Of a stretch of DNA of 64,000 nucleotides, positions 53,489-63,299 are shown one piece after another; within the stretch, counting starts at the first letter, position 1, and every line of letters begins with the position of its first letter. Source of the stretch: a virus (taxonomy: Duplodnaviria > Caudoviricetes). The stretch is taken from positions 1-64,000 of IMG/VR virus record IMGVR_UViG_2597490289_000004. One strand, given 5' to 3'. The translations under genes were made by a program, and so were the position numbers. The notes beneath the pieces are model-generated. The model saw only the letters and a program-made list of their open reading frames with translations, was not told where the DNA came from and did not search any database.

Positions 53489-56373
53489 TTCATTATTGTC
53501 AGATATTGTGAAGTGAAGGAGATGTTTTTATGAAAAATAAACATGCAGGTATGATTAAAGGGTTTACTCAATTATCAAAAGCATGGTATGGAGAACCAAG
53601 TTTAAGAGGTGCTGATTATATAGACTCAGTACATTTTGGGTTCTATGGCACAGAAGGCGGAACAACTGGCGAAGTTTCGGTTAAGTGGATAAACCTAAGT
53701 GGTAAAATAGTACCACAATTAACTATTTTTAGTGACACTTGGAGTGCTTTATCTCAATTTCATGATTTAATTGATTTATTAGGTAAACATGATAATGAAG
53801 ACCCTACTCCAGAGCAATTTTGTAAATTTTTATTACACTGTGGCTTTGTAGATAGGACTGAAACTGTTAGAAGTTAATTCGTAATGTGTAAATATTAAAT
53901 AGTTTTTGTAAGCTTAAAATAATTGGAAATGTATATCAAAATTCAGAATTATTAAAGTAAGTCAGAAAGGGTGAAGAATGTGGAAATTAATAATGAAATA
54001 AAAGAAATATTTAAAGATCATAAAGCACACTTTAGAGATTTAGGAGAAGTTCAAATATTAGATTGGAAAATAGATAATACGTTTTGTTGCTCTATAAGAT
54101 ATATTTTTGATAGCGACAAACTATATATTTCAGGTGATTATGGTTGTGCTGTTTACTGGTTGACATGGAATGGAACACCACAAAGTTTTAAAGGTATTAA
54201 TTTAGGATATTTTTATGAAAAGAATGCAGCACATGAATATGATGAATATGAATTTAATGATAAGAAAGCTAGAGAAGATATAGAAGATTACTTAAGCTTT
54301 ATGTTTGAAGATTATGAAAATGCAAAAGAAGGTCATGAGGAAGAAATAAAAGATATTGAAAAAGAAATAGCTGAATTAGACAGAGGAGATTATGATTCAG
54401 ATGAAGATTTTCAAGATGCTAAAGAAAATTTAAGACAGGATATTGACTATTATAAAGCTTTAATACAAGAAGAATATATAGCAGAAGAAATCGAAAAGAA
54501 AGAACGTATAAAGCAGGATTTATTAAATTTAGTTAATGAATCTTCTAGTTTAAGCCAATGGAATTACTATGTAGCAGAATCTAATGTAACTGATGATTTG
54601 CAAGAGTATGATTATGATTATTGGGAATGGATAAGTGAAGTTGGAAAAGCAATACCAGAAAGAGCAGAGCTGCATTTAGCTGGATTAATAATGGCAGCAG
54701 AGCAATTAGAAGAAATTGAGGTAAAGAATTATGAAGTTTAAAATTGAAGTAGATGAAACAAGAAGTTTTAGACATGAATTTGTAGTTGAAGCAGAGAATG
54801 CAGATAAATTAGATTCTATTTTAGATAAGATTGAATCTGAAAGAATGCTTGGAATAAATGATTATGAGTGCCTATTAGAAGAAAATGGATTAAAAATTAT
54901 AGAAAGTGTAAGAGATGAAGATGGAGATCTTGGAGAAATTGAATGTACTGATATAGAGGATTTTGAAGAAGATTAGAAAGGGTGAAAGAAGTTGAAGTTA
55001 AAAGACTTAAGATGTGTTTTGAGTTCACAAATGGTTGATATAAACTTAGATTTTTTGGACACTAGAACTTTTGTACAAGAAGATTATTCAGAAGATAATG
55101 AGTATTTAGGACAAGATGAAAGTGAAAGCATGTGGGATTTATATGGAGAAAAAGAAGTAGAACAAATATATGCTGAAGATTCGGAACGTATAAATATAGA
55201 TTTAGGGGGAGAAGTCAATGAGTAAAAATATACAAGATTTAATTAATTACCTTGAAGCAGTAAAAGCAGAAAGTGGAAATTATACAGAAGTTAGAGTTGA
55301 TGGATGCGTTGTAGAAGAATTTGAAGATTATATAGAAGTAGATCATGTAAAAGACTATGTTGATTTTGTAACACCTAGCAGAATTTAGGTGAGAGCATGA
55401 AAAAATTATTCGTTAAATACAATGATGGAAGTGGTACAACTTATACTATGGAAAATCGTGTAGATCATGAGAAATATGTATATAAACACATTAATGTTCC
55501 TGGGATAGAATCAATAATTTTACAACAATATCCTAAATCAAAGTATGAGCCAGTTGTTTATATATATCATGGATTTTGTAAAGATGGGCAGAAGGAAATG
55601 TTGAAATACGATATTGATTGGTATTTAGCATTTCAAGGGAATGTAAGTACATCTCTTATAAACAGATTAACAAATACATTAGGGTTAGATGAACATGATG
55701 CAGTACCTTATAGTAATGCTGATTTAACTTATAAAATTAAAAGAAGTTTAGATATAATGATGCCTGTAATTTTAACAAAATGTATAGGGCATAAGATAGA
55801 TGCTTTTAGAGATTGTGGAGTTAATAAATTTATAATTAAAATATCAAATTAAATTAGCAATATGCAGAAGGTGAATTTATAAAAAGCAAAAATGGCGAAT
55901 AAATGAGGTGTGGATATGTTCGGTTTAATGTATAAATTATCAGTAAAGTTTCTGATATGGGACTTAAAAAGATTGGGTATAAATGATTTAGAAATAGTAA
56001 TTAGAAGTGATGGAAAGACAGTTTATAAAAGAAATAAAGAAAGAGAAAAAAGCATTAAAAGAACATTAGATTTAATAAGGTAATTCACAATATGTAGAAA
56101 GGACGAAGCAAAATGACATTAGCTATGAAGATAAATAGAAAATTTACTAAGTGGAGATTGGAAAATACATTTACTCGAAAAGAAAGGCTTAAATGTAAAA
56201 AAGACGCTAATAGAACTATAAAAAAAATCAAAAAGTGGAGAAAACTAATGAAGAATAAAAGCTTTGGAATTATAAATGAAGTTAATTGTAAGGCAATAAT
56301 AAGATTAGCAAATAGGGGAAATAAATCGCAAAGAGAATTAAAAAGTTAGTTCACAATACTAAGCCAGGATGAA
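53489..56373 (+). repeat. Array of 24-bp putative recombination sites at gene boundaries (53489, 53878, 53952, 55854, 55876, 56084, 56350)
   Basis: 8-8-8 imperfect palindromes, five of them within 1 nt of a stop codon; further copies at 28362, 29511, 61600 and 61860. Confidence 0.65.
53530..56349 (+). CDS. Variable small genes (53530-53877, 53971-54741, 54731-54976, 54992-55225, 55218-55388, 55397-55852, 55916-56083, 56113-56349)
   Basis: Co-oriented ORFs with RBSs; no family recognised. Confidence 0.7.
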
Positions 56374-56459
56374 AGACTGAATAGAGAATGAAGCTGCAGC
56401 TATAGTTGTAAAACTTCATTCTCAATAAATAATCAATTTCACAAGGGGAGGAAAGAATA

Positions 56460-57467
56460 ATGAGCAACTTAAACGAAGAAGTATCGATAAAATTAGTGGG
56501 AAAATTAACATTGTTATTACCTTTTTTAGAACAGAAATTAGATATGCAACTGGAAGTTAAGAAAGTTATAGATGAGACTTTGTATAACTATGAAGTACAA
56601 ACTAAGTGTACAGATTTAGTTTGCAGTGATATAGAAGAAAAGGCTCAGCTATACCTTGCATGTAAGAAACTAGAAGGTTTAAGCAATAAGACATTATATA
56701 ATTACAAATTGTTTCTTAATAAGCTAGACCAGTATTTTACTAAACCATGTAGCACAATTGCAACAATGGACTTAAGAATGTTTCTAGGATTATTAGGAAA
56801 AGGGAAACAAGCTAGTACTATTAATGGGTATATCACTTATTTAAAGAACTTTTTCGGATGGTTGCAGAATGAGGAATATATAATTAAAAATCCTGCCTTT
56901 AAATTAAAGCAAACTAAAGTTCCTCGAGTAATTTTACAGGGATATAAGGCAGAAAACTTAGAGAAATTAAGAGAAGCCTGTAAAACGGAAAGGGAAAAAT
57001 GTCTTTTTGAACTATTAGATTCTACAGCTTGTAGAATATCTGAGATAGATAATATTACTTTAGATGATATTAATTGGTCCGAGCAGAGTATAAAAGTCAC
57101 TGGAAAAGGAAATGCACAAAGAATAGTTTATTTTTCTACTAAAGCTAAATTGCATATTCAGCAGTATATAAGTACAAGAAAAGGAGAATCAAACTATTTG
57201 TTTATATCAGAAAAAGCACCATATCAAGCAATAGGTACAAGAGCTTTGCAACTAATTATAAAAAAGATAAAAGATAGGACAAATGTAACAGAAAGGGTTC
57301 ATGCGCATAAGTTTAGAAGGACTCAGGCGACTAGGCTATTAAATAGTGGAATGAGGATTGAAGGAGTACAAGGTATATTAGGACATACTACTCCAACTAC
57401 AACTCAGATTTATGCACAACTTTCACAAGAAAATTTGAAAAATGAATATAGAAGATTAGTAGTTTAA
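56460..57467 (+). CDS. XerD-like tyrosine recombinase
   Basis: Intact R (ACRISE), K (GKGN), HxxR (HKFRR), H (LGH) and Y (TQIYA). Confidence 0.93.
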   Translation: MSNLNEEVSIKLVGKLTLLLPFLEQKLDMQLEVKKVIDETLYNYEVQTKCTDLVCSDIEEKAQLYLACKKLEGLSNKTLYNYKLFLNKLDQYFTKPCSTIATMDLRMFLGLLGKGKQASTINGYITYLKNFFGWLQNEEYIIKNPAFKLKQTKVPRVILQGYKAENLEKLREACKTEREKCLFELLDSTACRISEIDNITLDDINWSEQSIKVTGKGNAQRIVYFSTKAKLHIQQYISTRKGESNYLFISEKAPYQAIGTRALQLIIKKIKDRTNVTERVHAHKFRRTQATRLLNSGMRIEGVQGILGHTTPTTTQIYAQLSQENLKNEYRRLVV

Positions 57468-57497
57468 ATTTATTAATAATAGAAAGGAAGAATAAAA

Positions 57498-58682
57498 ATG
57501 GAAAACATAATTAATTTAGAAAAGTTTGCTGAAGGAGCATTAGCTGAAAAAGTTAATATTGCACTTAAGGAGGTATTAAGTAATATAGCAGATCCTAATA
57601 CAGATTGGAAAACAAAAAGAAAATTAACAATAGATATTACATTTGAATCACAAGAAGATAGACAATTAGCTTTATTGGATATTAAAACAAAGAAAAAGCT
57701 TGCAGAGCCAAAGAGTATTGGGACAAGAATTATTATAGATACAGATGGAAAAGGTGGAATATTAGCTTCAGAATATAAAAAGCAAATTCCAGGACAATCA
57801 ACAATGAGAGTTGATGAAGAAACTGGAGAAATAGTAACAACTGCAGAAGAAAAAGCAAATGATCTAATAGACTTAAATGGTATCAAATTAGTTAAATAAT
57901 TAAATCTATATAGCCATGGCAAGGGGCTTAAACCTTGCACATTAATTAAGAAAAGGTGGAAATAAAAAATGAGAGAACAAGAAGCATTACAATACTTAGT
58001 ACAATTAGGAGAAGAAAGTGAACCAATAATTGAATTAGATCAAGGAACTTATTCAAGAGTTGATTTAAATAGAGTTAAACAACCAAAGGCACAAGGATTA
58101 AGCATTAGTACATTAACAGGATTCGTAGATTACATTAAGAGCAATATAGATGCAATAGACACTAAATTATTAATACATGTTGCATCACATAAAAGAGTTG
58201 ACTTATATGGACCATTAAATGCAGATAGAGAAAGAGAATGTTATTTAGTAGCAGGAGCAGAGCTACCAACTAATATTAGATATGAGCAATTTTTAGATAC
58301 AGAGCAATTTAATATTATGTTACAAAGTTCATTTTCAGATAAAGGGGACAAGGAAGTTTTATTAAAATATACAGGACTTGTGAGAGATGAAGCTGTAAAA
58401 ACTACTGGTGATGATGGAATAAGTCAAAAGGTAACAGTAAAAACAGGAGTTGCAAGTGTAGCTGAAGCTGTAGTACCTAATCCAGTAAGTTTAGCACCAT
58501 ATAGAACATTCCCAGAGATAGAACAACCTTTAAGTAAATTTATATTTAGAATGAAAGATGGTCCAAGAGCAGCAATTTTTGAAGCTGATGGAGGGGCATG
58601 GAGAAATACAGCTATATTAAGAATTAAAGAATACTTAAAGGAAGCACTAAAAGAAAATGAAAACATTGAAATAATAGCATAG
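57498..58682 (+). CDS. Conserved phage gene pair (57498-57899; 57969-58682)
   Basis: NIADPNT..K.KRK; L.PYRTF.E..QP and FEADGGAW motifs. Confidence 0.7.
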
Positions 58683-58725
58683 GAAAATGGGAGGGGTAAA
58701 ACTCTCCTAGAAAAAAGGAGAAGAT

Positions 58726-59217
58726 ATGGCTAAGAATTCAGGAAAAATATTTGAAGAAGATATAAAAAACTCAATACCTAAAAATCAAGATTTCTTTTAT
58801 TACAGATTTATAGATAATGCAGCTTCATTTAGTGGTGGAGATAATGTCAGATTCACTTCACACAACCTATGTGACTGCATGACAATGACAAAGGATAAAT
58901 TATACCTTATGGAATTAAAAACCCATACAGGGGCAAGCTTACCACTATCATGCATAAGGGAAAATCAAATAGATGGTATGGCAAAGATAAATCATCCAAA
59001 TATGAAAGCAATATTTATTATTAACTTTAGAGAAAAAGAAAAAACTTATGCGATAGAAGCAGATAAATTAGAAAAATATATACAAACATCTAAAAGAAAA
59101 AGTATTCCCATTAGTTTCTTAGAAGAATGTGGAGTTGAAATAATAGGTACTAAGAAAAAAGTACATTACAGATATGATTTAGAAAAGTATTTTGAGGAGG
59201 ACAATGATAATGAATAA
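58726..59217 (+). CDS. recU: RecU-family resolvase
   Basis: Paralog of 1356-1856 (GKIFEED, MELKT). Confidence 0.75.
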   Translation: MAKNSGKIFEEDIKNSIPKNQDFFYYRFIDNAASFSGGDNVRFTSHNLCDCMTMTKDKLYLMELKTHTGASLPLSCIRENQIDGMAKINHPNMKAIFIINFREKEKTYAIEADKLEKYIQTSKRKSIPISFLEECGVEIIGTKKKVHYRYDLEKYFEEDNDNE

Positions 59218-59623
59218 AGTGGTATTAATAGGAAGATTAACAAAGGATCCAGAACTAAAATTTACACCAGGAGCAGGAACAGCAGTTACTACATTAACAT
59301 TAGCAGTTGATAAGTATAATTCTAAATCTGGTCAAAAAGAAGCGGACTTTGTACCTGTAGTTGTATGGGGTAAACAAGCTGAAAGCACAGCAAATTACAT
59401 GGTCAAGGGTAGTCAAATGGCTATAAGTGGAAGAATACAAACTAGGAACTATGAAGCTAAAGACGGTACTAAGAGATACGTTACAGAAGTAGTTGCTACA
59501 GAAGTTCAGTTCTTAAGTAAATCAAATGATTCAAGTGGCGGAAATACATCATCTAGTCCTTTTGATAGTGGAAACTTTGAGGCAGATATAAATCCTGTGG
59601 ATGATGGAGATTGTCCTTTCTAG
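59210..59623 (+). CDS. ssb: Single-stranded DNA-binding protein
   Basis: MNKVVLIGRLTKDPEL...GRIQTRNY...DDGDCPF. Confidence 0.95.
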   Translation: MNKVVLIGRLTKDPELKFTPGAGTAVTTLTLAVDKYNSKSGQKEADFVPVVVWGKQAESTANYMVKGSQMAISGRIQTRNYEAKDGTKRYVTEVVATEVQFLSKSNDSSGGNTSSSPFDSGNFEADINPVDDGDCPF

Positions 59624-59632
59624 AAGGCAATT

Positions 59633-59833
59633 ATGAGTAAATATCTTTGGGTAGCAGTAAGCCCAGATAAGTATGAACTTCCACTAGTAGTTGAAGATAC
59701 ATCTAAAAAACTAGCAGATAAATTGAAAGTAACTGATGGATGTATAAGAGCATCGGAATATAATTATAGAAAAAGAAACAAGGGAAAGTATGAATCAAAA
59801 TGTGATATAAGGATAATTAAGATTTTAAGATAA
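59633..59833 (+). CDS. Hypothetical phage protein
   Basis: DKYELPL motif. Confidence 0.6.
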   Translation: MSKYLWVAVSPDKYELPLVVEDTSKKLADKLKVTDGCIRASEYNYRKRNKGKYESKCDIRIIKILR

Positions 59834-59920
59834 CTAAATAGAGAATAAGAGCAAATAGCAATATGGTTATAAGTTCTTATTCTCAAATAAAAATCAATTT
59901 CAAGAGAGGGAGTAATAAAA

Positions 59921-60172
59921 ATGAAGGATTATGTAGAAAATAGGGTAAAGGAAGTAGCTGAATTTACAGTAGAAACTAAATCTACTGTAAGAAATACTGC
60001 AAAAACATTTATGTATTCAAAATCTACAATATATAAAGATTTAACAGAACGTTTAAGTAATATAGATCCAGTTTTATATAACCAAGTACACAGCGTATTA
60101 GTAGAAAATAAATCTCAAAGACATATTAGAGGTGGAAAGGCTACTCAAAGTAAATTTAAGGGGTTGATGTAG
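59921..60172 (+). CDS. spoIIID: SpoIIID homolog (phage-encoded)
   Basis: MKDY.E.RV...TVR..AK.F..SKSTI.KDLTERL...NK..RHIRGG.AT. Confidence 0.9.
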   Translation: MKDYVENRVKEVAEFTVETKSTVRNTAKTFMYSKSTIYKDLTERLSNIDPVLYNQVHSVLVENKSQRHIRGGKATQSKFKGLM

Positions 60173-60900
60173 TGGAAAAATTGAATTTAAGTATACAACT
60201 TAAAAATATAGACTTAACAGAAATAAATATAGTTGAGCAAATGAATAAATCTGATGAAGAAAGAAAAGAGCTTGAGGATGCAATTTTATTATATACAACT
60301 AAGAAAAGTAACAATGAAGATAAACAAGAAATTGAAAATGAAAGAAATCATGTTATAGAGGAATTTTGGGACACAGTACAATCAAACTTAGGAGTATTAG
60401 ATAAGTTAGGAATAAATGCACAAGAAGTAATGGAAGGTTATTCTAAGCATTTAGTTAAGTTGGAAGATAGACCTAGAGTTAAGGAGGATTAGTTAATGGA
60501 ATATATAAGTGAAGAACAATTTTTAAAACAACCTAAGGAAATTCAAAAAGTGTTTATTGATTGGTGGAAACCAAGCACAGGGGATTTGTTTATAGATATA
60601 TCAAAAATAGATTCAGATGTTGATATTGTTTATTGTGTCCCTATTAATAACAAGCATTTTGAAAACTATAACGGTGAGATACATTATAAAATAGATTCTA
60701 TTCCTTTATTAAGTGAAGGACAACTTAGAAAGTGTATTGAGGATAAGACAAATTGTTATATAAGTTGTTCACCAACATATAAATGTGATGGATATGATAT
60801 TACTATTTTAGGAATTGTAGAAGATACTTACACTATTAAAACAGATAATTTACTTGAAGCCTATTGGAAAGTAGCTTGTGAAATTGCAAAGGAGGAATAA
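60172..60900 (+). CDS. MazG-like protein (60172-60492) and hypothetical protein (60496-60900)
   Basis: EE..EL...IEEFWD MazG-like acidic pattern. Confidence 0.55.
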
Positions 60901-60903
60901 CTT

Positions 60904-61053
60904 ATGTCTCCAAAAGAATTAGCAGAAAAAACAATTAGAGATATAGCAGCTAGGAGAGAAAGAGCTGATAGAGAATTTTATGCTTATCAAAAAGAAAGTG
61001 GAGTAAGAAGAAAAAAATCTTCTAATGTAAGATACGGTGGATATAGGTGGTAA
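60904..61053 (+). CDS. 49-aa basic protein, homolog of 1213-1362
   Basis: MSPKELAEKTIRDIAARRER...GGYRW; AGGAGG RBS. Confidence 0.75.
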   Translation: MSPKELAEKTIRDIAARRERADREFYAYQKESGVRRKKSSNVRYGGYRW

Positions 61054-61077
61054 TCCTAATAAATTAGGAGGGATAGG

Positions 61078-61602
61078 ATGCAAAAATATAAAAGAATACT
61101 TTATAAGGAAACAGAAGATAAATTATATAAATACTTCAATAGAGATAGAATATATAGAGGCTTGAATAGTCAATTAATTGTATTAAATAAACAGATAGAT
61201 CAACTAAACAATGAACTAAAAGATTGCAAGTATATCAATGTAGATGAGGAATCATCATCACCAAGTTTTGACGAAAGAGTACAAACATCATCTAGTTGTA
61301 CAAGTTATGTTGAAAGCCAAGTAATTAAATTAACAGATATGAAGTTAAGAAGAAAAGAAAAAAAGGAACTGGAAAGAGAAAATATATTAAGTCAATTAGG
61401 TGATCTTGAATCAATAGTAGTAGAAATGGAATGGAAAGTAGGACAACTTAGGGACAATTATAAAAAAATGCTTTCCATGGTATATAAGGACAACATGAAT
61501 GAAGTTCAAATATCTTTTAAATTGCATCTAAGCCAAAGCCAAGTGAATAAGAGAAAGAATAAGATACTAGAGCATATATTCATGTGGGAGAAATGGAATT
61601 AG
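61078..61602 (+). CDS. Late transcriptional activator (ArpU/RinA-like)
   Basis: Paralog of 2897-3418 (ERVQ.S..SY.E); C-terminal HTH. Confidence 0.7.
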   Translation: MQKYKRILYKETEDKLYKYFNRDRIYRGLNSQLIVLNKQIDQLNNELKDCKYINVDEESSSPSFDERVQTSSSCTSYVESQVIKLTDMKLRRKEKKELERENILSQLGDLESIVVEMEWKVGQLRDNYKKMLSMVYKDNMNEVQISFKLHLSQSQVNKRKNKILEHIFMWEKWN

Positions 61603-61628
61603 GTAATATGTATAAAGTGTGAAGGAGA

Positions 61629-62039
61629 GTGATAAATTTGAAAAATAAAAATCTAAGTGTAAATAAAGAATTATCTTTGAAAGAAAAAATTGAATATGTA
61701 AATGAATTAGGAGGAAAAGACCCTACATTAAACCTTTTAATAAACTTAGAAAATCAAGGATTAGGTAATATATCTGTAACTGAAATATTAGATTCTATAG
61801 CAACTAATACAAAAGTTGAATTACCAAATAGAAAACGTAGTTTGATAATAGAATAATCCTACGCAATACTAAGTTAATATGAGGTGGATATGAAGAAAAA
61901 TGAAATATTAAAGGAAATTGATAAGAAGATACAATTTATTGAAAAGCAACAAGGAACATTAGAATCATATCAAATTGGAATGATATATGGATTAAAATTA
62001 GCTAAAGAAACTGTAAAAGAGTTTAAACGAGGAAAGTGA
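61629..62039 (+). CDS. Two small hypothetical proteins (61629-61856, 61890-62039)
   Basis: RBS-bearing ORFs; the first is flanked by 24-bp sites. Confidence 0.6.
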
Positions 62040-62045
62040 AACCAT

Positions 62046-62099
62046 GGAATAAAAAAGGAATAAAAGAAGAATAATTTTCTAAGATTAAAGCTTTAAAAT
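62046..62099 (+). promoter_or_regulatory. Late promoter of prophage 2: three RGAATAA repeats plus TAAAAT
   Basis: Repeats at 62046, 62057 and 62068; -10 at 62094 (+26). Confidence 0.7.
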
Positions 62100-62338
62100 A
62101 GTAAGTGTAAAGAATTAAATTTAAACCTCTCATAAATTTAAAATACCCTGTATTACTTAGGTTGTATGGGGTATTTTTGTTATGTTTATAGACCAGTAGG
62201 GTTTTATCCTCCTAATTAATTTAAATGTGAAAGGTAGGTGTAAACCTCCAGACACAATATATAGTACATCAACTCTACTGGTTTTATTTGTTATATATTA
62301 GAAAATAATGTATAATAATCGAGAAAGTGGGGTTAAAC

Positions 62339-62503
62339 ATGATTAAAAGCGAATATGGAACATTGAAAACAGCAGTGGAGCCAAATAAAATAAAAACTCA
62401 GGTAAAAAGAGAAAATAAAATAATGACACAAGTAAAAAGTGATAAAATAAAAACCCAAGTTAAAGGGGATAGAATAAGAACTCGAAGAATAAAGGAACTC
62501 TAG
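62339..62503 (+). CDS. 54-aa repeat peptide (KIKTQVK repeats)
   Basis: TGTATAAT upstream, GTGGGG RBS, terminator overlapping the stop. Confidence 0.55.
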   Translation: MIKSEYGTLKTAVEPNKIKTQVKRENKIMTQVKSDKIKTQVKGDRIRTRRIKEL

Positions 62504-62549
62504 AAATAGGGTTCCTTTTTAATGCAATAAATTGAGGTGATAAAGCTAT

Positions 62550-63233
62550 GTGAAATGTGATAGAAATAAACTTAAAGATATACTTAAGGTTAATTTAAAT
62601 ACTTTAAAGCAGATAGAAAGAAGAAACAATCTACAGATAAGACTTAAAAAGATTGGTTATGATCTCGTAGATAAGCACAAAGAAAAAAATAAGTATATCT
62701 ATGAGATAAAGAAAACTACTGATGAATCATACAAGAAACTTAAAAGTATAATCAGCAGTACTTATAACTCTAATAGAGCAGATAAGTTTGTAACCTACTT
62801 TAATATAAGAACATTAGAAGAACCTAACACAGTAAGAGATATTGCAACAGCATCTGATGTTACAGAAAAAACAATAATAAAGTGGGATAATACTCTCCAA
62901 GATAAAAGAATACTTTCAAAAGATGGTTATTACTACTTTAGATTATGCAAAGATACTAGAGAAGTACAACAATGCACTATAGAAGAATACAAATCTTTCT
63001 GGAAGAACAAAGCTTATATAAATGCTTTTTATCAACTCCAAAGCAAATACATGAATGGAGAAATAACACTTACAGAGTTGCGGTTAGCTTCAGGAGAAAT
63101 AGCTGTAATAATAAGTACTATAGAAAATAAGTATTACTTCAAGGTTAAAAAATATAAAGTTAATAAGGAAAATGAGTTATACATGGAAACTAAGAATTTA
63201 ATAGATGAAATAGAAACTAGAGCATTGGAATAA
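62550..63233 (+). CDS. Putative DNA-binding protein
   Basis: HTH-like TVRDIA..SDVTEKTIIKW; N-domain shared with the next ORF. Confidence 0.65.
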   Translation: MKCDRNKLKDILKVNLNTLKQIERRNNLQIRLKKIGYDLVDKHKEKNKYIYEIKKTTDESYKKLKSIISSTYNSNRADKFVTYFNIRTLEEPNTVRDIATASDVTEKTIIKWDNTLQDKRILSKDGYYYFRLCKDTREVQQCTIEEYKSFWKNKAYINAFYQLQSKYMNGEITLTELRLASGEIAVIISTIENKYYFKVKKYKVNKENELYMETKNLIDEIETRALE

Positions 63234-63299
63234 CAGTACAAGTTATTGTTATCTTACCAATGTTCTTTTTGTTTTAATGGAAAGAAGGGTGTTAGCTAA

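Noticed and set aside
57469-57492. Site-like strings at 57469, 54963 and about 57938
   Set aside because: The match comes mostly from an AGG-containing RBS and the left arms are generic AT-rich DNA.
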